64,000 nucleotides of DNA from Takakia lepidozioides (taxonomy: Eukaryota > Plantae > Bryophyta), in contig CM060731.1 of NCBI GenBank assembly GCA_030704615.1, positions 54,684,001-54,748,000 of the forward strand, given 5' to 3'. The notes beneath the pieces are model-generated. The model did not search any database. It had not been told where the DNA came from and worked only from the letters and a program-made list of their open reading frames with translations. Shown here piece after piece: positions 12,101 to 25,530 of this stretch (position 1 is the stretch's first letter; every line of letters starts with the position of its first letter). The position numbers were made by a program, and so were the translations under genes.

Positions 12101-15100
12101 TTGCAGAACAAACAAAAACCTCAATCACCACATTGCTAAGTGAATAAATGCCAATCCAGAAGGGTAGAAGAGCCAGAAGCCACAATACACCAACACCAAG
12201 CTTGAAAAGGCCACATGCTCACTAACAAGAAAATTATACGATAGAACATAAAACAGAGATTCCTACGCGAAATTATTTTATCAGTCCCTTGTCTATATGT
12301 CCAGAACCCAAAATTTTGACGTACTTGCTAGGTAGCGAAGAGCAGCTTCAGCAGCATTGTACTTGGCCTCTTTCTTAGTTCGGCCAGTGCCTTCTCCCAC
12401 TTTATCCCCTCCAAAAGATATCTGCCACCAAGGACAACAATGTCTTTTCTTTATCACTGGCTCACACACCAGCAGGTATCAAGCATAATACAAGATCCTT
12501 TTCATGCTATGACTCCATGAATGTACACACGATCATTCAGTTTGACAGGTATACATGCGTAGGGACCTATGACTAGTACAGATGGGTGATAATTTGATAA
12601 TCTCTAAAAGCCATTAGGAAGCATACATAACCTTCTAGATGTGTCCTTTGCACAACAAGAGAAAGAGAGGTGTGAGAGAGAAGCAGATATAAATTATTAC
12701 ATCCGGTGCAGGCCCAAGGGACCCTATGACACAGGGGAGAGGAAGAAAGAAAAGATTATTATCAAATCTCCTGCACTGTTGTTCTATCTGCCAATTCAAC
12801 ACAGAAATGTCCCATGTGCCTAGGATTGCCCTGAAAGGCCACTGAGGAGGGGGGGGGGGGGGAGGAAGAGAATAGCCTGCCCCTTCCCTTACAGCCAAAA
12901 ACCCAGAGAGAAAATGACAGGAGGGTTTGTATCCTAGAGGCTGACCATTGCGAAAGGTCAGAAGTCCTCCCAACTGCTGACCAGTCAAGGAAGGTTAGGA
13001 GTCTTGCATAGAGACAACTTAGGTTCAACTGCAATACTTCAGTACATCCTTAAGGATCTTCTTGCTAATCAGCATGTTTTCCAAGGTGCTGCACATCAGA
13101 ACCTCCTTCCTCTAGTTTCATTGCAGGCATGTTCTGCAGAGGCTCTGTTAGGTGGATTAGAATCTAGAAGTTTTGTCTCTGAGATGTCCCCTCCCCATGT
13201 TGACCTTCGGCACCCGAGGTGGTTCACAGGTGGCTTGTGCTTCAAGTAGCTCTGCGATCCTACCCATCTGGATTCCTGCAGACTTCTGTTTTGAGCTGCT
13301 GGACAGCCTTTGGCCTCTTTGTTGCATTTTTGGGAATCCTTGCCTTTATGGCTTATCTAGGCCTTGATTAGAGTTTGATCTATGGTCTTGTCCCTTAACT
13401 CTTTAAGAAATACCATTAAGAAGAAAACAACATTCTGAGATGAAGTTTCCTCACCAAGCTTGTCCAGGTTTTTTGCCCGTTTCTTCTATAAACCTTCAAA
13501 ACAGAGACAAAGAAAATAGAGTCCACTACATCCATAGGAAGAAAGAAAGGAAGTGAAAGAGAGATAAAGAAATAAAGAAACTGTAGAATGTTCAAAGGGG
13601 CCCCCCCAAGGGCACATGAGTAGGACAACAAGAAAACCACATCCAGTAAAAGAACGTACTCAGAAGACTTTGTTTGCAGTAGCCTTGTGACCCACATCAA
13701 TTACAAGAGAGAGAGGGAGAGAGGGGGGGGAGAGAGAGAGAGCACCTCAACATTGAACCCAAGTTGTGACGATGTCCTCAACACAGTCCGATAATGCACC
13801 TAGACCCCCAGCCAATGATCACTCACCTGGATTAGCTTTCTCTATCTCTATCTGTGTCCAAGGCAATGAGACAGGAGGATGGTAAGAGCAGCTGACTCAT
13901 GTTGAGGCTTTTTTGACACTAATTTTGGGGCTAGCTGACGTCTAAAATGAAATGACTTCACTCCATCATTCTTCCATGATCCATCCCATCGTAGTCCCAC
14001 ATCGTAGTCCCACATCTACTTTTTCCTCCTGTTAACAATCTAACTAAACATGTGATCAACACCATCACTGGACAAGCCTAAAACACACTTGACCTTAAAT
14101 AAAGTACTTGATTCCCAACAAGATGCCTCACCACCCTAGTGCTCTGCACTAAGTGACATCAAATCCCTGCGGTATTATTAGGTTCCTTTCAAACAATGCA
14201 CGATGTCACCCTCTATCCAGCAAGAGGCATCACAGTCTTCCAAACAAGGTCAGAAGCTTACCGGGACCTTTACTTTTTGGCCTATCTCATGCAGATAACT
14301 AATTGCATTAATATTGACACCCAGTCGAGGAGGCGCATGAAGGTGGTGCTCCCTTTGACCCCCAATGTGCCCAGCACTTGCTACCTCTTCATCATCTGGT
14401 GTCATTTGAACCATGTAAGATTACTTCGTGTGTGATACAACTTCATAAGCACCAAGGAGCTCAGCATACATCAAAAGTCTCTCCACAAACACAAGGAACA
14501 AGAGAAAGAGAACGGCAGAAGAATCAGTCCAATCAAATATTGTGTTGAAGGAGGCCAAAGGGCCTCTGGTGCAAAGCAAACCAAGGTCCCAAAACAGTCA
14601 AGGACAGAGTGCATCATCATGTAAGCTGCTAAGGATACGTCCTCATAGCTCAAGGCCTTAAACGATATGTGCATGTGTGCATGAGAGGGAGAGAGAAAAA
14701 TTAAAACCGCGACGACTCAAAACATTGAAGAAAGGACGAAAAAAGAACTTTATAATGTCCACCCACAAAGTAGAACAACAATCAAGACCCACATCAAAGA
14801 CAAAGTGCATGATGCAGGTAAACTGCCAAGCACTTCTGGTCCTTAAAGCTAAAGGCCTTGAGTGTCTCAGAAGAGCCACGTAGGGAAGAAGAAAAAGAAA
14901 TGATGCTTGGTATCCACCTTTGGGCATGGTGCAGGCTGGCCAAATCCTAGTCTTTATGTTAAGCCATATGTTTCGCCCAATCTGAAAATTGTGAGCCAGC
15001 TCTGGATATTCCCAAAGCCCCAGTGAGTGGAGGCTACTGTGGACAAGTGATAAGGAAGCAGGATGTAGTTACCCTGTTGTCAATCCAGTTCTAATTGTAG

Positions 15101-18100
15101 GCATGGAGTTTTGAGGTTGGCAGACTTAGGCCCTATGTCCCAATCATATCTTCTGAGAGAGATTGTACTCATAAGACGACGTTTGCCGTAGCCTTGTGGC
15201 CATTGAGAGATATCTTCTGAGAGAGAGAGAGAGAGAGAGAGAAAAAGGAGAATACAAAAGCTTTTAAGATCAAATCTGTGTGCTGTGAAATGTAAGGGAT
15301 GGATGGGTCAAGCAGGCAACAGCTAAGAATAGCAACCAATTAAGTTAAATAACCAACCTGAAAGAGCAGAAGGATCTAGTCTTTGCCTTTTCTCTGCAAA
15401 GAAAACCTGTTACACAAACATGCCTATCGATTTAGTGTTCCAAACCCACAATAAACCAACCCTGAGCCTCAAGCTTTATTGGAAGATCACCTGCCTGGGT
15501 AAATGAACATTCCTGAGTAGTCCATTCATCCAAGAAATAAGAAATGGACCACTCTTCATGAACAAAAGTCTCCAAATTAGTGCAAACATATGCCCCATGA
15601 CCTTATACCCACTTGTTGCTAACAGGACGTATACCTCTTCTTGAGGCCGGCGCCGCCTCGGATCACGGGGTGCCCGCTCACCAACAAAGGGGCCATCAGT
15701 AAAACCAGGAGGGCCCTGTACTCGTTGCCGACTCTCAAATGACGGGGATTCTGGCTCAAGGATCAGCTCTGGTGACCTGGTAGGTCTCCGGGGGCTCATC
15801 TCTTCTTCAGTTCCAAGCCACCCTCCTGCTGGTGCAACCACCACTGGAATTTGCACTTGCAAGGACGGCAGCTGCACCCCTGTAAAATCTGAGTCCTTGT
15901 CACGACCATGCAGAGTATCCTGACCATGCTGCAAAATCAGCAGCCGCCGACGAGTGTCAGGGTCAATGTCAGTCTCTGGGACCTCTCCCTCCTCTCTGGC
16001 CGGAGACCCTTGGATTCCTGCCTCTGGCATACGGGATGACACTGCGCTCAAAGGTCTTTGCAGGACCGGAGCTGGAAGAGAGTAGTAGCCACTCTCTGCT
16101 GAGTTGGAGTATGATGGCATGTCGCCTTGCCCAATGTCTAATGCAAACATCCTGGATCGAACTGTGGGAGTTGGTATATGAGATGTTGGTTGGCCAGCCT
16201 GTTGAAACGGTGGCCGTAATGACAACCTCAAGTCTTCATCCATTGGAAACATCCGTGGATGCACGAGTCCATTTGTCCCCTGGTAACAAATTTAACGTGA
16301 CAGCCTGTCAGGAGCCCATTAGTACTATTCAATTCCTCAAGAGGAGAGCACATGAAAAGCCCATACTGAGAGTCTGCTATTGCCTGCATGAACAAATCGA
16401 CCAGGTATGAAGGCTATTTCAAGCATAGTAATGAATTGCACCAACAATGGACCCTCAGTAGCTGGTGAGTAGTAAAACACCTGGGAAGGGAGAAATCGAT
16501 TTAACAAAGAAAACTTTTTTGCATCTTAGGTTTGGTAGTGGTGGTAAACCCCTCTCAATCAAAGTCCGAATCTTAACCTGGGGTTGCAAATTCGCTTCAT
16601 CTTCTTCCATGTTGGCCATGCTATCAGTAATGTCCTTTGTGCCGTTTGTTGCAAAGTTTGGAACCACATCTTCCAATATAACCTGGCACATACGCAGATC
16701 ACCAATGCCATAAATCTCAAACGTCTTTGGAGATAGACAACTTGTAAGAAGAATAGCTTGAGCAAACAATCATATCCGCAGACAAGCTAACACCATGGAG
16801 TATCATATAGATTTTCCCACCTCAGGAAGGAGGTAACTGCTAACGTCAGGGGCCTTTGGAAGAGTTGAAATATCTGTATCGAACCGTGCATCTGCGATTT
16901 GCTGTGCTAGATTTTCAACCAGTTCTCTGCAAAGGAAATCATAGCTTCATTACATACTCATTGGATAAGATTATAATGAATTAAAAATTCCTGACAACAA
17001 ACTTGGTGGATGCCAGGTACACCTCTGCTTCATACTTGAACTCAGCAATCTAGAGAGAGCTGTAGAAAAGAGTTCTCTGCGTGTGACCGGTCGCATTTGT
17101 ATCATATGTCTGACACTGCTTGTTAGGTGTTGCTGTCCACAAGTACTATGGGTTTCAGGTGGACATAGTGAACCTTCTCTATTCCTTCTCTCTTTCTTTC
17201 CTCCTTCCTTCCTCACTCTTCAGTAATGGCTAACGCTGTTAAACTGTCACCTGAGATGTTTTTGCTAGATGAAATCTTCCAAGTATAACCGAACAGCCAT
17301 ACAAATTATCTTTAAATTCAGACATTCTGTAAAACTCCTACAAGACATTCTAGCACAGGCAGGGACCCCCTTCTTCCCTTTTCTAACCTTCCCTCCACTC
17401 CCTACATTCAACCCACTCCAAGAGTCAAACAAGTCTGTTCTCTCTCACTCCATAGTTTTGGTTTTCCCATCTTTGTGGTCTTAGTTCATTTGAGGGTATT
17501 CAAAAGTACAAGCAAGCAGGTAGCCAAAACCAAGCAACCATAAACAAACCAAGCAAAGAGAGAACTCACTTGACAAAGCCACCACGCACATTACATGCTA
17601 TGTTCCTTGCAATACAAAGAGGCGGCGGGTCTCTGATGGTCTGCTCCCAAAGCCCACATGCCCACACCTCTGTCATCAGCGTCCGAATGTGTCTTTACCA
17701 AAGATGGTAGGGACTAGATTCACCAGACCCACATGACATATGCTCCAAAACATGTCACAACCAAAAATGTAGATGCTAGGCTTATTACCTCTGCCTTTGG
17801 ATCAGAATAGGGTTGGAATGCCTGCACTTCATGCACACGAGGTTGATCCACCTTCTCCCATACAGGTATCCACGAGTTTTGTTCATTCGATTATCCACCT
17901 CCCGTCCATCACCAGATCATCGGTCACTCGCATACCATTTTTGAATGGCTGGCCTCAGCCATTTTTTCTCTGCGCAGGTGCGCGGACCAAAACCTATCTT
18001 GAGATGCAAGAGAAGTTCTCTCCCCTCATGCGAACACAACACACTAGACATAATCAGAAGCTCTCCTACCATGTTTTTTTGTTAGCTTTCTTCAATTTTC

Positions 18101-21047
18101 ATTCATGTGACATGAAGTGTGTCTACTGTTTCCATATGAGATGAATGTAGCACACCACACACTTACTAGATGTGCAACAGGAAAGCACACAAAAACTTAA
18201 GTGTTATTTGTTAATCTTCGTTTCTAACCATGAACCTACTGAATATTTTGAATACCAACCTCGACAAACCAGAGCAAGTGAAGAGAGACTCTCAACAAAT
18301 TCCCAAATCTTGGACATGGAGAACACATGTTTAAATAACTGACAAAGCCAGCACATGCAGGACCCAATCTAGACACTCTGTTAGATTGGAGTACAAAGCT
18401 TTGAAAATTGTCTGTGTAAGATTCTGTCATTACCGGATTTTACCCAATTAACTCGCTCGTTAAGCTCACGTGGATGGATGAGGCGTGACTCTGGGTCCAG
18501 CAGTCGCCACATCTCAAGGGCATAATCTCTTCCCGACATGGTGCATATGAAGACTTCAAATCGCTTGCGGCCCTTCGCTATTACATAGCTTCTCAATTCT
18601 TCCCAGGCCGGTCGTAGCCGAACTAGCACACTTGTGTCTCGCACCTGCCCCTCCAAAGTGCGGTAAGAATGATGTACACATCGAGCAGGCTAGCTGTAGC
18701 CTTGTGAGATGAAACCCTGTATTTAGTTCTCACGGAACAGAAATGGGGGGTAACATTGAGAACATAGGAACATCTGATGTTTTCACAAAATAAATTAAGT
18801 CTAGAGAGAGATGTTGCAGATTGAATACCGCATGATTGATGCGAGTGAGAATGAGATTGCGCTCCTGCAGGCGAATGATAGGGCGAACTATTGGCAGCGC
18901 CCCATCGGCCACTGGTGCAACCACCTCTGATTGGGCTTTGTATAACTTGCCATTATCAAAAACTTGGTCTGTCTTATAATACTGCTCTAAGATTGCCTTG
19001 TCTTCCTGAAAACGCTTCAGCGCTCCCATCAGTTGCGGGTCATCTCTCCCATTCAAACGACGGCTTAGAGCATCGATTCGGTCATCAAATGTCTTCATAG
19101 TGTTGGCAACAATGAGAGTCTCATCAAGGTCTAGTACCATAGCCAGGCACCGAAGATTCAGCATTGCAAGGCATGAAGCATACATGCCTTCATCTGTGAT
19201 GAATCCCCAGAAGCAAGCTTCTGCCCCACCTTGCTCAATTTGTGTTTGTGATGGTGGCATGGCCACCAAGTGTAGTTCATGACCTCCTTCTAGGGAAACC
19301 ACTGCTGTCTGCAAAAATAACCAGAGATCATCGGGGTTGTGAGTACTGTTGGACACCTGAACAAAAGCTGAGTCCAGAGGAAAGAAAGACAGAATGCACA
19401 AACGAATTTCTGCCAATGCACATATGCACTCAGACCACATGCCCAGTTAGAAGCATAGACAGGGGAGGGAGACCAGTTGAAAGGGAGTAAGGACATCAAG
19501 TTAATGCTTTCCCCTGACCTATTGATCTGGTCTTCCAGAATTCGGTAAAAAAACCTTTATCACAGCATCAAATCCATAAAAGAATTCACACAAGGATTGC
19601 ATGGAGAGCTGCAGCTTCTGGAGACTGAGACAGAGGATGGAGGCACTAGGAATGCAAGTTTACAAGGGGGGTTTAGGGTTTTTGCACTCCTAGATGTGTT
19701 TATAAGAACCAGTGTCAACACTAAAAGCAACAACCTTCAAAAGTGACACCAACAACTCGATCACACAATAATCATGACCCCACCATGACAGAAACCGAAC
19801 ATGTAAGTACACAAAGTAACACCCACATGTCACCTGTCCAACTCGATGAAACGATAATAATGACCCCACCATGACAGGAATCTTACATTAAATCCGCAAG
19901 TGATCTTCTAATCTCATTAAAAACCAGCTATTTTGAGTCAAATCTTCCCTGAGGCTGGGCTAAACAGCTGACATAATTATCAGTGCTTCATGAATAAACA
20001 GGCTTACAATCTCAATTTGGTGATAGTAGCAATAAGTGTGCCAAGCTGCATCATAAGAACTCATCCCATACTGGCATCATTAAAATTTAAAGAATCAGGT
20101 CCTTTGGTACTCAAAAGCCTGAAGGCAAAATGATGGCCAAAGATTTAAAACATGACGCAAGACTGTCAATTTTGTGGCAAATGATTGCTGGGAGCTCCGA
20201 GATAGAGCCCGACAGATTCAAAGAAGGATGTTAGATATAAACCCAGGTTGTGGAAAGAATGGGCCTGCAGATAAAGCATAGTCGTGTGCAAGCTTGCCAA
20301 TCAGCCAGGATGCACAAAAAAAACCAGTTCTCATCGAGGAAGTGAAGGAGGACCAAAACAAATATTACTATGTACATATCCTTGGCCTGCACACCCAGCC
20401 TCAGGGATCTATCACCATATGAAAAATCAGAGCTATAAATAGGCAATGTGGTAAATACGCAGGCAGGAGCATGTTGAGACATTGCCTCAGACAAGCATGG
20501 AGAGAAACTGTCTCAACGGGATTCACTGCCCAGCAAGAAGGAATTGTAGCTCAGAAGTTCCTGGAAGTACCTTAGCTTCTTTTTACAAAAGAAACTGAGA
20601 TACAAAAGAAAGTACAGATAGGGGACCAGAGATGAAGGGTCGCAAAAGGTGCCATTCACTCACAGACATGGAGAGGTAACATCCAGTCAAGAGGCAGGAA
20701 CCAGGTACAGAGACAGATCAAGTAGCATAGAGAGAGAGAGAGATGTGAGTGCCTACCTTGGCTTCCTTAAGGCAGGACGAATGCAGGTTGTTGAGACGAT
20801 GGACATCCTTCGAGAGCTGTTGCTCCGAGGGTTCCAGCTTAAACCATACACCCTAGGCTATGGTGTGAAGTACCAGGAGGGGTAAGCATCTCTCACTGGG
20901 TACCGAGAAAGACGCGATGCGAATTTCTTTGCCAAAAAGATAGCCCAGGTAGGCATCGGCAGTTTGGGGAGAGGCAACTACTTCCCCAAGGCAATTATTC
21001 TCATCATCAAACAGATATGTCCACAAGGCGTCGCTGCTCCTTGCCAT
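9108..21047 (-). pseudogene. CPL1: RNA polymerase II CTD phosphatase-like 1 (FCP1-type HAD domain plus two dsRBMs), multi-exon, with disabling lesions
   Basis: Exons with GT-AG borders: 21047-20757, 19308-18829 (LNLRCLAMVLDLDETLIVAN), 18644-18434 ([20 protein letters not shown]), ~17970-17788 (VWEKVDQPRVH), 17640-17570 (ARNIACNVRGGF), ~16928-16822, ~16683-16577, 16279-15635 (DPDTRRRLLILQHGQD), ~14396-14261, 13799-13746, ~12421-12325 (GEGTGRTKKEA), ~11852-11617 (ALKDL), ~11167-11087, ~10853-10788 (GKGSGPLWDTAK) and ~9799-9726. In-frame TAG at 20853-20855 and a scrambled exon 4. The 3' end beyond 9726 is uncertain. Confidence 0.85.
13707..13742 (+). repeat. (GA)n-rich microsatellite; similar tracts at 15219-15242 and 20728-20742
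   Basis: Read directly from the sequence. Confidence 0.9.
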
Positions 21048-22619
21048 GGTTGTGTATCCCTAACTCTAGATTTTAGGGCTCCGAATCTCTAAACTGTTCA
21101 GGATTTCAAATTCAAGTTCTCATTTTGCTTCAGGGCTAGCTCCGGCGGTCCTTAGCACGGTTCTCCTTGGCCTTTGCATCAAACTTTGCCTGGGGTTTTC
21201 CCCCCGCTGCTCCCATCTGGAGATTCTTCACCAGTTCCTACTCAAATGAATATTCCGGACATTATAAGGTTTACGTTTTCTTCAGCCGTCGAAGGTCATC
21301 GACACTTTCCTTGCAAGTTTCTGGGCACTTCGATTGCTGTAGTTTGGTTATGGATTTCCGCCCTGGATGTTCGCAAAGAAACAGCCTCCTTCCAGCAAGG
21401 CTTGCAATCACTTCTGATGAAATCTCGTGGAGATCTTATCAGTGCAGGTGAAAGTTTCTTGGAGCCCGAAAACTTCAGTCTTCAAATCCTTCCGTTAAGT
21501 GCAATCCCCAGCTGTAGCTCCAACTTTGCATCATCTTCCCTTTCCCAACACTAGCTCGGATGTCGTCGTCTAATCATCTTGAGGACACATCCTTAAAGTT
21601 TACTCCGGTTCATCGGTTTGAACTCTCGACTTCTATCTGAGCTCCGTGGGCTGTAAGACGATAACCGAGGAAGTTACCGGCTGTAGGAGCAAGGTACCGG
21701 CTTAAGTTCAAGGATGTATTCTTCCCTTCATCCTTAGTCTTTTTTTTGTGACTGGTCACCCAAGCCTGACGCAAGATCTCGCATACCAGCAAGATTCACG
21801 AGTAGAGCACTACCATGAGGGCCGGCTTTGCTGATTTCAGTCCCTCATGCTAGGCTTGAAGTTCAGTGAATCAACTTGGCGAGCAAGAGGGCTCCTAGTC
21901 ACAAGAAGAAGAAATGAGACACTAGCCCTCACCAAGGTAGACGGGGGCCAGACGATGCTCGTCACAGGGGGGCTTAGAGGCAAACGAAAGAGAGCAGGGA
22001 AGGGCACTAGACAAGGGTTTTTACGTTTATTAGGGCAACGCAGAAGAGCCGGGTTGCGTGAGGCAGGGGTGAGGAGAGGGGTGCTGCTTACGGCGGTCAG
22101 GCTGCGAGTGAGCCCTTCCGCACGAGACTCTAGGTTTTTATCTTGTTGTGATTAGGTTAGGGCCACCCCCGCGCTCTCATGCATCCACCCCAGCCTCCAT
22201 CGTTCTGCGGGGCGTCGAACCCTGGACCTCGCGCTCTTAGCGTTCAAAAAAAGCGAGGCAAGAAGAAAGGCACCGACCGGACGGATGCCGTCTCATCCAG
22301 TGCGCCCCACCTACTGCCCGACCTTTCTGCCTGCTCAGACTCACTCACTCCTCCGCCCTGCCAATACCCTAATTCTCTTAATTATTTCTGCTCGCTGCCT
22401 GCCTTGTAGGCCTGGCTATTGGGTGCCGTGCTGCCAGTCAGCTCTGCAGGCCCACCATCTCCAACTGTGTTCTCATTCTATTCAAAACCCATTTCCATCC
22501 ATCCCCACTTTAGTCCCCTCTCTCTCTCCCTTTCTCCCTCTCTCCTTTCCTTGTTTCCCTTTATCTCTCTTTCTTTCGCTGGGGCGACTTAAACACTAAT
22601 GGACGAGGCAGTTTTTGGT

Positions 22620-23380
22620 GGGCCCCCTCCAAAACAGGACATACCCTCACGGATGAGGGTATATCTCTCAGGAAACTAACATCCACAGGGATGAACCGTA
22701 TGAATGGGAGGGTACCTACTTCATCCAGCTTCTGCAAAAATTTCAGCTCATTTGACCATGTCGTTTGGAAGATTATAAGAAATTTGCAAGCTCAAAACTT
22801 GGGGTACACTCCAAATTTAGAGTGAAAAATTGTTTTGACCAGGAAATTATGTTTTTTCCTCACAAGACCCCATCCAGATTCCCATTGTGTGGTACCTAAA
22901 GCATGTTGCCCCAAATTTTCAAAGCAGAATTAACAAATCTTGATGAGGTTGCTTTGTATGGATAAACAGGGGGGTCTAAACACACCATGAAGCTCAAATG
23001 ACATGTAATTCAGGCTTAGGGGGTCAAAATTTCCTTAGAATCATAATTGTTGCTGAAAGTGTTCCTTGAATGATGAACTACTACCTCCAAAAAGAAATTC
23101 AGAATTCTAACAAAAATTCAGGCAGAGATTTGCATTTGTTTCCATTTGTACTTTTGCCTTGTTGTCACCCTTCAGCCTGCCACCTAAGTCAAAGTTGCTG
23201 GATGGCCAATTTTGGGTACCCTTGCACACTAAAAAAAATTACTGACGGCAGGGCTTTTATTATTTTAGGGTGCCATAAAGACAGGCAGGTGCATGACATC
23301 AAGGCGCATAACTTTCGTTCAGAAAGTTTTTTCATCCGATTTCATCAATGATAATCTTTTGCCTCCCTCAAGTAACACCT
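22620..23380. mobile_element. Possible non-autonomous DNA transposon remnant upstream of CPL1
   Basis: AT-richer non-coding block with MITE-like phrases (AAAATTTCAGCTCATTTG, CATAACTTTCGTTCAG); no TIR or TSD confirmed. Confidence 0.25.
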
Positions 23381-24429
23381 CATTGGGATAGATCGTGAGG
23401 AGCTCACGTGAGCCCGTGGAAACGTGAGCCGTTTTCACGCACGTTAACAAGCAGATTGAGAGAAAATGGGGCCTATAATTGAGGGCTTAGAACCTATACA
23501 ACGCCTATAATCGCGCTTATTATGAAAATGAAACAGGCCTCCAGAACAACTTCATGGCAACATGAGAATTCAACTTGTGGCATGAGTTGAAGACGTTGGT
23601 GGGAAGAAAAACCAACTTGAAGAATGTTGAAATGTCACATATTTATTATGTTGGGTGTTGTGTCTTCATGTCTTATATGTAGACTATGACGAATATTCCC
23701 AAACTGCAGATTGATCGACAAAGCAGAAGATCTCAAGTTAACAATGTCAAGTATTTCAAAACTTCTCATAGCAGTGAGTATATGAAGACATGGTTCATCG
23801 AGTTGAAGATGTGGAACAACTGCTACTTGAATAGCTCTTCCCCGAAACTGAGGCGTTATTATTAAAGAAGATCATAGCTTTGCAGTGTCCAAAATGCAAC
23901 AAAGACCGATATCGGGATGATGTCCAAGGCAAAAAAATGTCACGCAAGGTATAAGCATCATTCCCCCTCGCATGGAAATTTTTTTCTTTAATCTTCTCAA
24001 TGAACCGGTACGTCTATGATCTAGGACGAGTGGCAGTAGAGACGGAATGACACTGATCCACTGCCTTGCAAGTGCCTCCGCGTAATCAGACATGTGGTAA
24101 GTTTGGAGAGGACTACGGAAAATGTCTGAATGTACGAAAAAAAAGCACAGTCCAGGTGTATTGAATAAGACTCATGCATGACACCACTCAGTACCACATG
24201 ATATTAGTATAGTTCAATGACATCCCTGCAGGCCAAAACATGTCCCCACAAATGCAATATACATGCAAAAACTACAAGAAAATGTGGACCTACTCACAAA
24301 GAAATTGGTCATCAATGTCTACATCAGTTGGCGACAATGGCTCATTAATGTGAACTGCCTTTGTCTGGGTTGCCAAAGAGGATCAACTAGTGTGGTAGGC
24401 GGGACAATGGTTTCTTTCCTTTTTTTCCC

Positions 24430-24910
24430 GTCTCAGCGAGAAGCCTCTGTGCGTGCAAGTGCTTCCACTTCAGGAAGTTGTAGAGTGCTACCAGCCAACC
24501 CAGATGCATGGCCAACAAAAAGAAATGGGAAGGTATTACGTCGTTTCCCTCCAACTGCCGAGCACTTCGGCAAGGTGGAATCCGCTCGAATGCTTCTAGG
24601 ACGTGTTGCAGGCACTACGGAAGTTGCAGATCCCGGGTATGGTCGGATCTACACTATGATGACCTCTACATCTGCTATCCATGACAGATTCTACGACATC
24701 ACAGTTTCAAATTTCCCCAACTACACCTATCCTGATTTTGTTGCCATGTTTTCAACAAGTTTGGGAAAGAGAGGCAAATTTGTACCCTACAAGCATCTTT
24801 ATTTTATCTTCTTGAAACAGAATGATTTGTGATCCCAAACCGCATCTTCATTCACCAGGCCACCATGAGTTTCAACGAGGTGAATACACTTATGCAGCGG
24901 GATAGAAGCA
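24430..24910 (+). pseudogene. C-terminal SWIM zinc-finger region of a Mutator-like transposase, degenerate
   Basis: YDITVSNFPNYTYPDF...VPYKHLYFIF matches SWIM YxVxIxxxPxCxCxDF...CKH with all three Cys read as Tyr. After a frameshift it continues IHQATMSFNEV. Confidence 0.75.
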
Positions 24911-25349
24911 CATAGGACGAAGCTGACTTTCATCCAATGCAATTTCCATGACTGAGGAATGTGTGTCATTTTAGTAGTGAGATCAATGCAAAATAAATGG
25001 GATGGATAAGCATGCGTCGACATGTTTCCAGTTTCCCATTTCCAGTGTTTTTTTTCCTATTTATCTTAAATGAATGCCACGGCTATAGGTCCCTCGACTA
25101 TAGGCGCTACATCTGTTGACATGGCGTCCGTCACGTTGGCGGAATCCCACGTGGACATGTGGACTGCCATGTCATGTTGTTCACTGCCATGTCAGCACGC
25201 TCATGCCACATCACCCTCACGCTCACGCCACGTCAGCGTGAGCTGACGCTCAAGCCACATCAGCTGCTGGTCCCCTACGCTCGCGCCATGTCAGTATAGC
25301 GTGAGCGCACGCTCACGCGGTAGTGTCATTGGTTCCTTAGCTCTTATCC

Positions 25350-25530
25350 GGACTTCACTAATACTTGGGTATACCCGTCTTTGGACAAAACCAGGTACAG
25401 TGTCGGCATTGTGAAAAACTGGTCGAGAGCACATTGTAAGGATTGGAGATGGTATCTTGACTGTCCACGGGATCAGACTCCCATTATGGAGAATGCATTG
25501 AGAAATTTGGATGACAATGTTACTTACCAT
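25350..25530 (+). pseudogene. Fragment of a further ParB-MTase paralogue (central conserved block)
   Basis: KTRYSVGIVKNWSRAHCKDWRWYLDCP...RNLDDN aligns with QTMYTAAILSDYSRYHLKDYYWYLDIP...RNQNDN (~34260, +) and DSMYTDDIVKEWHLEHLRDCPWYVDLP (~39080, -). Confidence 0.7.

Noticed and set aside
20853-20855. U-to-C RNA editing rescuing the CPL1 stop codon
   Set aside because: Such editing is established for plant organellar transcripts, not nuclear genes, and a second lesion exists in exon 4.
25310-25326. CACTA terminus (GTAGTG at ~25320)
   Set aside because: No partner TIR or TSD found; a 6-mer match alone is insufficient.
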